From the NCBI GenBank assembly GCA_950097015.1, contig CATNEN010000041.1, positions 3,348,001-3,412,000 of the forward strand: 64,000 nt of DNA. The letters are read 5' to 3'. The position numbers were made by a program, and so were the translations under genes. Shown one piece after another: positions 12,444 through 24,383 of the stretch (its first letter is position 1; each line of letters opens with the position of its first letter). The notes beneath the pieces were generated by a model. It saw nothing but the letters and a program-made list of their open reading frames with translations. It ran no database searches and was not told where the DNA came from. The DNA is from Macrostomum hystrix. Its lineage: Eukaryota; Animalia; Platyhelminthes.

Positions 12444-12586
12444 TCAGACAAGCTGACACAGTCGGCCTTCGGGTTGCCGCGACCAGAACTGAAGTAAGTC
12501 AAACCAGCAGTGCCGCATCCATAACATGCCCAGCACCACGCACATGTGCCATTGGTTGTGGCTGTGACCAGCGTAGTCAAAGCGAC
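12444..12586 (-). CDS. PAQR3: PAQR3 exon 6 (last)
   Basis: cctccacccgcag|GT in phase 1 gives GRFDYAGHSHNQWHMCVVLG...CQLV-TGA (SHxxWH motif). The six exons sum to 1005 nt = 334 aa plus stop. Confidence 0.9.
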
Positions 12587-12599
12587 CTGCGGGTGGAGG

Positions 12600-15500
12600 T
12601 CATTCCCTGAACTGCAATCAGTGACAGATGAGTTCCCGTGCTCAGTCAGATAAGATATCATTCCCTGAAATGCAATCAGTGACAGATAAGTTCCCGTGCT
12701 CAGTCAGATAAGATATCATTCCCTGAACTGCAATCAGTGACAGATGAGTTCCCGTGCTCAGTCAGATAAGATATCATTCCCTGAACTGCAATCAGTGACA
12801 GCTGAGTTCGCGTGTTCAGTCAGATAGATATCATTCCCTGAACTGCAATCAGTGACAGATAAGTTCCCGTGCTCAGTCAGATAAGATATCATTCCCTGAA
12901 CTGCAATCAGTGACAGATGAGTTCCCGTGCTCAGTCAGATAAGATATCATTCCCTGAACTGCAATCAGTGACAGCTGAGTTCGCGTGTTCAGTCAGATAG
13001 ATATCATTCCCTGAACTGCAATCAGTGACAGCTGAGTTCGCGTGTTCAGTCAGATAGATATCAATCCCTGAACTGCAATCAGTGACAGATGAGTTCCTGT
13101 GTTCAGTCAGATATCATTCCCTGAACTGCAATCAGTGACAGATGAGTTCCCGTGTTCAGTCAGATATCATTCCCTGAACTGCAATCAGTGACAGATGAGT
13201 TCGCGTGTTCAGTCAGATAAGATATCATTCCCTGAACTGCAATCAGTGACAGATGAGTTCCTGTGTTCAGTCAGATATCATTCCCTGAACTGCAATCAGT
13301 GACAGATGAGTTCCCGTGTTCAGTCAGATAAGATATCATTCCTCATCAGTGACAGATGAGTTCCCGTGCTCAGTCAGATAGGATATCATTCCCTGAACTG
13401 CAATCAGTGACAGATGAGTTCCCGTGCTCAGTCAGATAGGATATCATTCCCTGAACTGCAATCAGTGACAGATGAGTTCCTGTGTTCAGTCAGATATCAT
13501 TCCCTGAACTGCAATCAGTGACAGATGAGTTCCCGTGTTCAGTCAGATAAGATATCATTCCTCATCAGTGACAGATGAGTTCCCGTGCTCAGTCAGATAG
13601 GATATCATTCCCTGAACTGCAATCAGTGACAGATGAGTTCCCGTGCTCAGTCAGATAGGATATCATTCCCTGAACTGCAATCAGTGACAGATGAGTTCGC
13701 GTGTTCAGTCAGATAGATATCATTCAATGAACTGCAATCAGTGACAGATGAGTTCCCGTGCTCAGTCAGATAGATATCATTCCCTGAACTGCAATCAGTG
13801 ACAGCTGAGTTCGCGTGTTCAGTCAGATAGATATCAATCCCTGAACTGCAATCAGTGACAGATGAGTTCCTGTGTTCAGTCAGATATCATTCCCTGAACT
13901 GCAATCAGTGACAGATGAGTTCCCGTGTTCAGTCAGATAGATATCATTCCCTGAACTGCAATCAGTGACAGATGAGTTCGCGTGTTCAGTCAGATAAGAT
14001 ATCATTCCCTGAACTGCAATCAGTGACAGATGAGTTCCTGTGTTCAGTCAGATATCATTCCCTGAACTGCAATCAGTGACAGATGAGTTCCCGTGTTCAG
14101 TCAGATAAGATATCATTCCTCATCAGTGACAGATGAGTTCCCGTGCTCAGTCAGATAGGATATCATTCCCTGAACTGCAATCAGTGACAGATGAGTTCCC
14201 GTGCTCAGTCAGATAGGATATCATTCCCTGAACTGCAATCAGTGACAGATGAGTTCCCGTGCTCAGTCAGATAGGATATCATTCCCTGAACTGCAATCAG
14301 TGACAGATGAGTTCGCGTGTTCAGTCAGATAGATATCATTCAATGAACTGCAATCAGTGACATATGAGTTCCCGTGCTCAGTCAGATAGATATCATTCCC
14401 TGAACTGCAATCAGTGACAGATGAGTTCCCGTGCTCAGTCAGATAGATATCATTCCCTGAACTGCAATCAGTGACAGATGAGTTCCCGTGCTCAGTCAGA
14501 TAGGATATCATTCCCTGAACTGCAATCAGTGACAGATGAGTTCCCGTGCTCAGTCAGATAGGATATCATTCCCTGAACTGCAATCAGTGACAGCTGAGTT
14601 CCCGTGCTCAGTCAGATAGATATCATTCCCTGAACTGCAATCAGTGACAGCTGAGTTCGCGTGTTCAGTCAGATAGGATATCATTCCCTGAACTGCAATC
14701 AGTGACAGATGAGTTCCCGTGCTCAGTCAGATAGGATATCATTCCCTGAACTGCAATCAGTGACAGATGAGTTCCCGTGCTCAGTCAGATAGGATATCAT
14801 TCCCTGAACTGCAATCAGTGACAGCTGAGTTCCCGTGCTCAGTCAGATAGATATCATTCCCTGAACTGCAATCAGTGACAGCTGAGTTCGCGTGTTCAGT
14901 CAGATAGGATATCATTCCCTGAACTGCAATCAGTGACAGATGAGTTCCCGTGCTCAGTCAGATAGATATCATTCCCTGAACTGCAATCAGTGACAGCTGA
15001 GTTCCCGTGCTCAGTCAGATAGATATCATTCCCTGAACTGCAATCAGTGACAGATGAGTTCCCGTGCTCAGTCAGATAGATATCATTCCCTGAACTGCAA
15101 TCAGTGACAGCTGAGTTCCCGTGCTCAGTCAGATAAGATATCATTCCCTGAACTGCAATCAGTGACAGATGAGTTCCCGTGCTCAGTCAGATAAGATATC
15201 ATTCCCTGAACTGCAATCAGTGACAGATGAGTTCCCGTGCTCAGTCAGATAAGATATCATTCCCTGAACTGCAATCAGTGACAGATGAGTTCCCGTGCTC
15301 AGTCAGATAGATATCATTCCCTGAACTGCAATCAGTGACAGCTGAGTTCCCGTGCTCAGTCAGATAAGATATCATTCCCTGAACTGCAATCAGTGACAGA
15401 TGAGTTCCCGTGCTCAGTCAGATAAGATATCATTCCCTGAACTGCAATCAGTGACAGATGAGTTCCCGTGCTCAGTCAGATAGATATCATTCCCTGAACT

Positions 15501-18500
15501 GCAATCAGTGACAGATGAGTTCCCGTGCTCAGTCAGATAAGATATCATTCCCTGAACTGCAATCAGTGACAGATGAGTTCGCGTGTTCAGTCAGATAAGA
15601 TATCATTCCCTGAACTGCAATCAGTGACAGATGAGTTCCCGTGCTCAGTCAGATAGATATCATTCCCTGAACTGCAATCAGTGACAGATGAGTTCCCGTG
15701 CTCAGTCAGATAGATATCATTCCCTGAACTGCAATCAGTGACAGATGAGTTCCCGTGCTCAGTCAGATAAGATATCATTCCCTGAACTGCAATCAGTGAC
15801 AGATGAGTTCCCGTGCTCAGTCAGATAGATATCATTCCCTGAACTGCAATCAGTGACAGATGAGTTCCCGTGCTCAGTCAGATAAGATATCATTCCCTGA
15901 ACTGCAATCAGTGACAGATGAGTTCCCGTGCTCAGTCAGATAAGATATCATTCCCTGAACTGCAATCAGTGACAGATGAGTTCCCGTGCTCAGTCAGATA
16001 GATATCATTCCCTGAACTGCAATCAGTGACAGATGAGTTCCCGTGCTCAGTCAGATAAGATATCATTCCCTGAACTGCAATCAGTGACAGATGAGTTCCC
16101 GTGCTCAGTCAGATAAGATATCATTCCCTGAACTGCAATCAGTGACAGATGAGTTCCCGTGCTCAGTCAGATAGATATCATTCCCTGAACTGCAATCAGT
16201 GACAGATGAGTTCCCGTGCTCAGTCAGATAAGATATCATTCCCTGAACTGCAATCAGTGACAGATGAGTTCCCGTGCTCAGTCAGATAGATATCATTCCC
16301 TGAACTGCAATCAGTGACAGATGAGTTCCCGTGCTCAGTCAGATAAGATATCATTCCCTGAACTGCAATCAGTGACAGATGAGTTCCCGTGCTCAGTCAG
16401 ATAAGATATCATTCCCTGAACTGCAATCAGTGACAGATGAGTTCCCGTGCTCAGTCAGATAGATATCATTCCCTGAACTGCAATCAGTGACAGATGAGTT
16501 CCCGTGCTCAGTCAGATAAGATATCATTCCCTGAACTGCAATCAGTGACAGATGAGTTCCCGTGCTCAGTCAGATAAGATATCATTCCCTGAACTGCAAT
16601 CAGTGACAGATGAGTTCCCGTGCTCAGTCAGATAGATATCATTCCCTGAACTGCAATCAGTGACAGATGAGTTCCCGTGCTCAGTCAGATAGATATCATT
16701 CCCTGAACTGCAATCAGTGACAGATGAGTTCCCGTGCTCAGTCAGATAAGATATCATTCCCTGAACTGCAATCAGTGACAGCTGAGTTCCCGTGCTCAGT
16801 CAGATAAGATATCATTCCCTGAACTGCAATCAGTGACAGATGAGTTCCCGTGCTCAGTCAGATAAGATATCATTCCCTGAACTGCAATCAGTGACAGATG
16901 AGTTCCCGTGCTCAGTCAGATAGATATCATTCCCTGAACTGCAATCAGTGACAGATGAGTTCCCGTGCTCAGTCAGATAAGATATCATTCCCTGAACTGC
17001 AATCAGTGACAGATGAGTTCCCGTGCTCAGTCAGATAAGATATCATTCCCTGAACTGCAATCAGTGACAGATGAGTTCCCGTGCTCAGTCAGATAAGATA
17101 TCATTCCCTGAACTGCAATCAGTGACAGCTGAGTTTCCCCGTGCTCAGTCAGATAGATATCATTCCCTGAACTGCAATCAGTGACAGATGAGTTCCCGTG
17201 CTCAGTCAGATAGATATCATTCCCTGAACTGCAATCAGTGACAGATGAGTTCCCGTGCTCAGTCAGATAGATATCATTCCCTGAACTGCAATCAGTGACA
17301 GCTGAGTTCGCGTGTTCAGTCAGATAGATATCATTCAATGAACTGCAATCAGTGACAGATGAGTTCCCGTGCTCAGTCAGATAGATATCATTCCCTGAAC
17401 TGCAATCAGTGACAGCTGAGTTCGCGTGTTCAGTCAGATAGATATCAATCCCTGAACTGCAATCAGTGACAGATGAGTTCCCTGTGTTCAGTCAGATATC
17501 ATTCCCTGAACTGCAATCAGTGACAGATGAGTTCCCGTGTTCAGTCAGATAGATATCATTCCCTGAACTGCAATCAGTGACAGATGAGTTCGCGTGTTCA
17601 GTCAGATAAGATATCATTCCCTGAACTGCAATCAGTGACAGATGAGTTCCTGTGTTCAGTCAGATATCATTCCCTGAACTGCAATCAGTGACAGATGAGT
17701 TCCCGTGTTCAGTCAGATAAGATATCATTCCTCATCAGTGACAGATGAGTTCCCGTGCTCAGTCAGATAGGATATCATTCCCTGAACTGCAATCAGTGAC
17801 AGATGAGTTCCCGTGCTCAGTCAGATAGGATATCATTCCCTGAACTGCAATCAGTGACAGATGAGTTCCCGTGCTCAGTCAGATAGGATATCATTCCCTG
17901 AACTGCAATCAGTGACAGATGAGTTCGCGTGTTCAGTCAGATAGATATCATTCAATGAACTGCAATCAGTGACAGATGAGTTCCCGTGCTCAGTCAGATA
18001 GATATCATTCCCTGAACTGCAATCAGTGACAGATGAGTTCCCGTGCTCAGTCAGATAGATATCATTCCCTGAACTGCAATCAGTGACAGCTGAGTTCCCG
18101 TGCTCAGTCAGATAGGATATCATTCCCTGAACTGCAATCAGTGACAGATGAGTTCCCGTGCTCAGTCAGATAGGATATCATTCCCTGAACTGCAATCAGT
18201 GACAGCTGAGTTCCCGTGCTCAGTCAGATAGATATCATTCCCTGAACTGCAATCAGTGACAGCTGAGTTCGCGTGTTCAGTCAGATAGGATATCATTCCC
18301 TGAACTGCAATCAGTGACAGATGAGTTCCCGTGCTCAGTCAGATAGGATATCATTCCCTGAACTGCAATCAGTGACAGATGAGTTCCCGTGCTCAGTCAG
18401 ATAGGATATCATTCCCTGAACTGCAATCAGTGACAGCTGAGTTCCCGTGCTCAGTCAGATAGATATCATTCCCTGAACTGCAATCAGTGACAGCTGAGTT

Positions 18501-21500
18501 CGCGTGTTCAGTCAGATAGGATATCATTCCCTGAACTGCAATCAGTGACAGATGAGTTCCCGTGCTCAGTCAGATAGATATCATTCCCTGAACTGCAATC
18601 AGTGACAGCTGAGTTCCCGTGCTCAGTCAGATAGATATCATTCCCTGAACTGCAATCAGTGACAGATGAGTTCCCGTGCTCAGTCAGATAGATATCATTC
18701 CCTGAACTGCAATCAGTGACAGCTGAGTTCCCGTGCTCAGTCAGATAAGATATCATTCCCTGAACTGCAATCAGTGACAGATGAGTTCCCGTGCTCAGTC
18801 AGATAAGATATCATTCCCTGAACTGCAATCAGTGACAGATGAGTTCCCGTGCTCAGTCAGATAAGATATCATTCCCTGAACTGCAATCAGTGACAGATGA
18901 GTTCCCGTGCTCAGTCAGATAGATATCATTCCCTGAACTGCAATCAGTGACAGCTGAGTTCCCGTGCTCAGTCAGATAAGATATCATTCCCTGAACTGCA
19001 ATCAGTGACAGATGAGTTCCCGTGCTCAGTCAGATAAGATATCATTCCCTGAACTGCAATCAGTGACAGATGAGTTCCCGTGCTCAGTCAGATAGATATC
19101 ATTCCCTGAACTGCAATCAGTGACAGATGAGTTCCCGTGCTCAGTCAGATAAGATATCATTCCCTGAACTGCAATCAGTGACAGATGAGTTCGCGTGTTC
19201 AGTCAGATAAGATATCATTCCCTGAACTGCAATCAGTGACAGATGAGTTCCCGTGCTCAGTCAGATAGATATCATTCCCTGAACTGCAATCAGTGACAGA
19301 TGAGTTCCCGTGCTCAGTCAGATAGATATCATTCCCTGAACTGCAATCAGTGACAGATGAGTTCCCGTGCTCAGTCAGATAAGATATCATTCCCTGACTG
19401 CAATCAGTGACAGATGAGTTCCGTGCTCAGTCAGATAGATATCATTCCCTGAACTGCAATCAGTGACAGATGAGTTCCCGTGCTCAGTCAGATAAGATAT
19501 CATTCCCTGAACTGCAATCAGTGACAGATGAGTTCCCGTGCTCAGTCAGATAAGATATCATTCCCTGAACTGCAATCAGTGACAGAATGAGTTCCCGTGC
19601 TCAGTCAGATAGATATCATTCCCTGAACTGCAATCAGTGACAGATGAGTTCCCGTGCTCAGTCAGATAAGATATCATTCCCTGAACTGCAATCAGTGACA
19701 GATGAGTTCCCGTGCTCAGTCAGATAAGATATCATTCCCTGAACTGCAATCAGTGACAGATGAGTTCCCGTGCTCAGTCAGATAGATATCATTCCCTGAA
19801 CTGCAATCAGTGACAGATGAGTTCCCGTGCTCAGTCAGATAGATATCATTCCTGAACTGCAATCAGTGACAGATGAGTTCCCGTGCTCAGTCAGATAGAT
19901 ATCATTCCCTGAACTGCAATCAGTGACAGATGAGTTCCCGTGCTCAGTCAGATAAGATATCATTCCCTGAACTGCAATCAGTGACAGATGAGTTCCGTGC
20001 TCAGTCAGATAAGATATCATTCCCTGAACTGCAATCAGTGACAGATGAGTTCCCGTGCTCAGTCAGATAGATATCATTCCCTGAACTGCAATCAGTGACA
20101 GATGAGTTCCCGTTGCCTCAGTCAGATAAGATATCATTCCCTGAACTGCAATCAGTGACAGATGAGTTCCCGTGCTCAGTCAGATAAGATATCATTCCCT
20201 GAACTGCAATCAGTGACAGATGAGTTCCCGTGCTCAGTCAGATAAGATATCATTCCCTGAACTGCAATCAGTGACAGATGAGTTCCCGTGCTCAGTCAGA
20301 TAAGATATCATTCCCTGAACTGCAATCAGTGACAGATGAGTTCCCGTGCTCAGTCAGATAGATATCATTCCCTGAACTGCAATCAGTGACAGATGAGTTC
20401 CCGTGCTCAGTCAGATAGATATCATTCCCTGAACTGCAATCAGTGACAGATGAGTTCCCGTGCTCAGTCAGATAAGATATCATTCCCTGAACTGCAATCA
20501 GTGACAGCTGAGTTCCCGTGCTCAGTCAGATAAGATATCATTCCCTGAACTGCAATCAGTGACAGATGAGTTCCCGTGCTCAGTCAGATAAGATATCATT
20601 CCCTGAACTGCAATCAGTGACAGATGAGTTCCCGTGCTCAGTCAGATAGATATCATTCCCTGAACTGCAATCAGTGACAGATGAGTTCCCGTGCTCAGTC
20701 AGATAAGATATCATTCCCTGAACTGCAATCAGTGACAGATGAGTTCCCGTGCTCAGTCAGATAAGATATCATTCCCTGAACTGCAATCAGTGACAGATGA
20801 GTTCCCGTGCTCAGTCAGATAAGATATCATTCCCTGAACTGCAATCAGTGACAGCTGAGTTCCCGTGCTCAGTCAGATAGATATCATTCCCTGAACTGCA
20901 ATCAGTGACAGATGAGTTCCCGTGCTCAGTCAGATAGATATCATTCCCTGAACTGCAATCAGTGACAGATGAGTTCCCGTGCTCAGTCAGATAGATATCA
21001 TTCCCTGAACTGCAATCAGTGACAGCTGAGTTCCCGTGCTCAGTCAGATAAGATATCATTCCCTGAACTGCAATCAGCGACAGCTGAGTTCCCGTGCTCA
21101 GTCAGATAAGATATCATTCCCTGAACTGCAATCAGTGACAGATGAGTTCCCGTGCTCAGTCAGATAGATATCATTCCCTGAACTGCAATCAGTGACAGAT
21201 GAGTTCCCGTGCTCAGTCAGATAAGATATCATTCCCTGAACTGCAATCAGTGACAGCTGAGTTCCCGTGCTCAGTCAGATAAGATATCATTCCCTGAACT
21301 GCAATCAGTGACAGATGAGTTCCCGTGCTCAGTCAGATAGATATCATTCCCTGAACTGCAATCAGTGACAGCTGAGTTCCCGTGCTCAGTCAGATAAGAT
21401 ATCATTCCCTGAACTGCAATCAGTGACAGATGAGTTCCCGTGCTCAGTCAGATAGATATCATTCCCTGAACTGCAATCAGTGACAGATGAGTTCCCGTGC

Positions 21501-22356
21501 TCAGTCAGATAAGATATCATTCCCTGAACTGCAATCAGTGACAGATGAGTTCCCGTGCTCAGTCAGATAAGATATCATTCCCTGAACTGCAATCAGTGAC
21601 AGATGAGTTCCCGTGCTCAGTCAGATAAGATATCATTCCCTGAACTGCAATCAGTGACAGATGAGTTCCCGTGTTCAGTCAGATAAGATATCATTCCCTG
21701 AACTGCAATCAGTGGACAGATGAGTTCCCGTGTTCAGTCAGATAAGATATCATTCCCTGAACTGCAATCAGTGACAGATGAGTTCCCGTGCTCAGTCAGA
21801 TAGATATCATTCCCTGAACTGCAATCAGTGACAGATGAGTTCCCGTGTTCAGTCAGATAAGATATCATTCCCTGAACTGCAATCAGTGACAGATGAGTTC
21901 CCGTGCTCAGTCAGATAGATATCATTCCCTGAACTGCAATCAGTGACAGATGAGTTCCCGTGCTCAGTCAGATAGATATCATTCCCTGAACTGCAATCAG
22001 TGACAGCTGAGTTCCCGTGCTCAGTCAGATAAGATATCATTCCCTGAACTGCAATCAGTGACAGATGAGTTCCCGTGCTCAGTCAGATAGATATCATTCC
22101 CTGAACTGCAATCAGTGACAGCTGAGTTCCCGTGCTCAGTCAGATAAGATATCATTCCCTGAACTGCAATCAGTGACAGATGAGTTCCCGTGCTCAGTCA
22201 GATAGGATATCATTCCCTGAACTGCAATCAGTGACAGATGAGTTCCCGTGCTCAGTCAGATAGGATATCATTCCCTGAACTGCAATCAGTGACAGATGAG
22301 TTCCCGTGCTCAGTCAGATAGATATCATTCCCTGAACTGCAATCAGTGACAGATGA
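12600..22356. repeat. 57/58-bp satellite array (about 170 units) filling PAQR3 intron 5
   Basis: Unit atatcattccctgaactgcaatcagtgacagatgagttcccgtgctcagtcagata(a/g/-)g, with variant blocks and higher-order duplication. Confidence 0.98.
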
Positions 22357-22419
22357 ACCGCCACTTTCGCAAACGAACTCAAGACTTGGATTCAGACTGC
22401 ATTATTCAAGCTGCATTAC

Positions 22420-22510
22420 CTGGAAGGCATCGCTCAGGAAACTGCGATGCATAGAAGGCGAAGCCGATCATACCGATGGCATACAGCGCGAGTACTTTGG
22501 GAAAGAAGTG
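22420..22510 (-). CDS. PAQR3: PAQR3 exon 5
   Basis: HFFPKVLALYAIGMIGFAFYASQFPERCLPG (PERxxPG motif); donor G|GTAATG, phase 1. Confidence 0.9.
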
Positions 22511-22673
22511 CTGGAATGATTTTAGTTAGACAGCACCTGCACAGATTAAAAAATTATCTAACGGGACAAATGCTTGACACCGAGTGATTCTGAAATACTC
22601 AAAGCAGTGAGCTTTGACAAATAGATCATCTGTCTATGATCTGAACACTGGCCATTCGTGTATCACAACTCAC

Positions 22674-22871
22674 CATGACCAAGGGTGACGAAAAGCCGCC
22701 GCTGAGGTAGACCCAGTGCAACGTGGGCAGGACCCCGTAGCCTACCAGGCAGCAATACATTGGCAGTACAATGCGGCGGAAGGCCTTAGAGGATGTGCGC
22801 AGACGCAGGGAGAAGTAGAGCACAGCCACACACAGGCTGCAACAAGTGCACATGTAGACCTGGCGCCAGTG
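22674..22871 (-). CDS. PAQR3: PAQR3 exon 4
   Basis: HWRQVYM...VGYGVLPTLHWVYLSGGFSSPLVM; AG and GTGAG boundaries, phase 0/0. Confidence 0.92.
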
Positions 22872-23219
22872 CTACCGTGGGGGGAAAGTGGTATGGGATT
22901 GGATGAGTGATTCGTCTATTATTTGAGTAAGGGCTTTACTGCAAGAGATGCAGAACTGCGGCGGCAAAGTGCCACAGCTCAAAGGAAATTCATAGAGGAG
23001 TACATAGTTTCCTCCCTTTGCTGTAGGTGGGGTTTGGTAAAGTTGTGACTGTACCGTGTAGTAAACCTAGGAGACAAGATGGAGTTTAAAAGAATCGTCC
23101 TTTCTCCTCGAAGGGAGGTTAACCTAGCTAGTCAATCAATACAGCTAAAATCACTTAAAACATGTCAAAACTAATGCAGACCAACAAGTGAAGAGCAGCT
23201 CTGAGGGCTACATACTAAC

Positions 23220-23372
23220 CTGGTGGCAGCGAAAACCGAAGTGCACAGCAGGCAGGTAGCAGCCGACAATGCCGATGCAAATGCCAGACTGATCCAGCGC
23301 CAGCCAGCGCTTGAATGCCCGCTGTGAGTGGCAGCGGAATGTATGGTAGCCGGCTGAGCATAGCATGCAAAC
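23220..23372 (-). CDS. PAQR3: PAQR3 exon 3
   Basis: 153 nt, not in the ORF-track frame: VCMLCSAGYHTFRCHSQRAFKRWLALDQSGICIGIVGCYLPAVHFGFRCHQ (SxxYH and D motifs). Confidence 0.92.
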
Positions 23373-23545
23373 CTACGGAGCATTTATTATGAATTGTAAG
23401 TGGAGAGCTTCATTAAGCTATAAATAATCTGTAACTGAAAATTATTTTTTCTGTGTTTAACCATTCTCAGGACTCAAAAGCTTCGGGACTCTGATCTTCT
23501 ACGGCAAAGTCTAGCATCAATAAGACAAGGTCTCACTGAGCGTAC

Positions 23546-23708
23546 CTGAAAGCAGAGCAGGGAAGCGGCAGCCACAAGTCGGTCACTGTGCTGCTCGTCC
23601 CGGAGCCAGGCGGGATCTGCAAGGTCACGCAGCATCAGCACAAAAAACAGGAAGAATGCCAGCAGGTGCGACCAGATATTCACCGTCTCATTTGTCAATA
23701 CGAAGATG
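23546..23708 (-). CDS. PAQR3: PAQR3 exon 2
   Basis: catttcag| acceptor; SIFVLTNETVNIWSHLLAFF...LLCFQ (PAQR NIWSH motif); donor CAG|GTACG. Confidence 0.92.
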
Positions 23709-23919
23709 CTGAAATGAGAACCGGAGATATGATTTCAGTAATACGTTATTGCAGCTCTTGATGCCCTACCATGAAATAACATATCTAGCAAAAGACCCTG
23801 TGAGCCTGAGCACTGCACAACAGATCAGGAACTCTTACCGCATTTCTCAGAATCACGACTCCTGTTAAAGATAGCCAGGATAAGCATTCTGAGTTCTCCC
23901 GCATCATTCCAATGATTAC

Positions 23920-24176
23920 CTTTTGAGGCATTGAAAGGCAGTGAGGTAGCTGGTGTAGCCTCTCTTCAGGTACGCATTGTATTGGAGGAAATGCGGCACA
24001 TCTTCAATCCTCTTGAGTGCAATCGACTCGGCCCTGCACGAGGCTGGCAGGCTGCAGCGCTTCAGACGGACCAGATCATCATCACAGACTTCCACGTCCA
24101 GGATGAGGCACCGCGACGAGCCGCTGCGAATGGACAGGCCACCATGCTTGTATTCCGTGCGGACTGGAGCAGGCAT
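23920..24176 (-). CDS. PAQR3: PAQR3 exon 1
   Basis: ATG at 24176; ...VPHFLQYNAYLKRGYTSYLTAFQCLK; donor AG|GTAATC, phase 2. An upstream exon cannot be excluded. Confidence 0.8.
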
Positions 24177-24383
24177 ACAGCTGTGTTCAGTAAGCTTTTA
24201 TCGGAATCTGCTACGTTCGAAATACTAGCTGCAGGGCTGTCATGTATTCGGCTTAACTGAAAATGCATTTCAAATCAATAGCATTATCAATCGCAGAATG
24301 CAACCCAAAAAATTGTTCGATAAGTTTTCTTTGCCATCGCCCTAAGCCTCAAAGCATTAAGTCCTGAAAGTCTGTGAAACAAA

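Noticed and set aside
19380-20130. Cluster of unique 1-2 nt indels in satellite units (also near 21710, 25620, 25900, 26590, 38944)
   Set aside because: Isolated and mostly in homopolymers; most likely long-read consensus errors rather than biology.
12377-22040. Recurrent MISYLTEHGNSS... ORFs
   Set aside because: They are translations of runs of 57-bp satellite units inside the PAQR3 intron.
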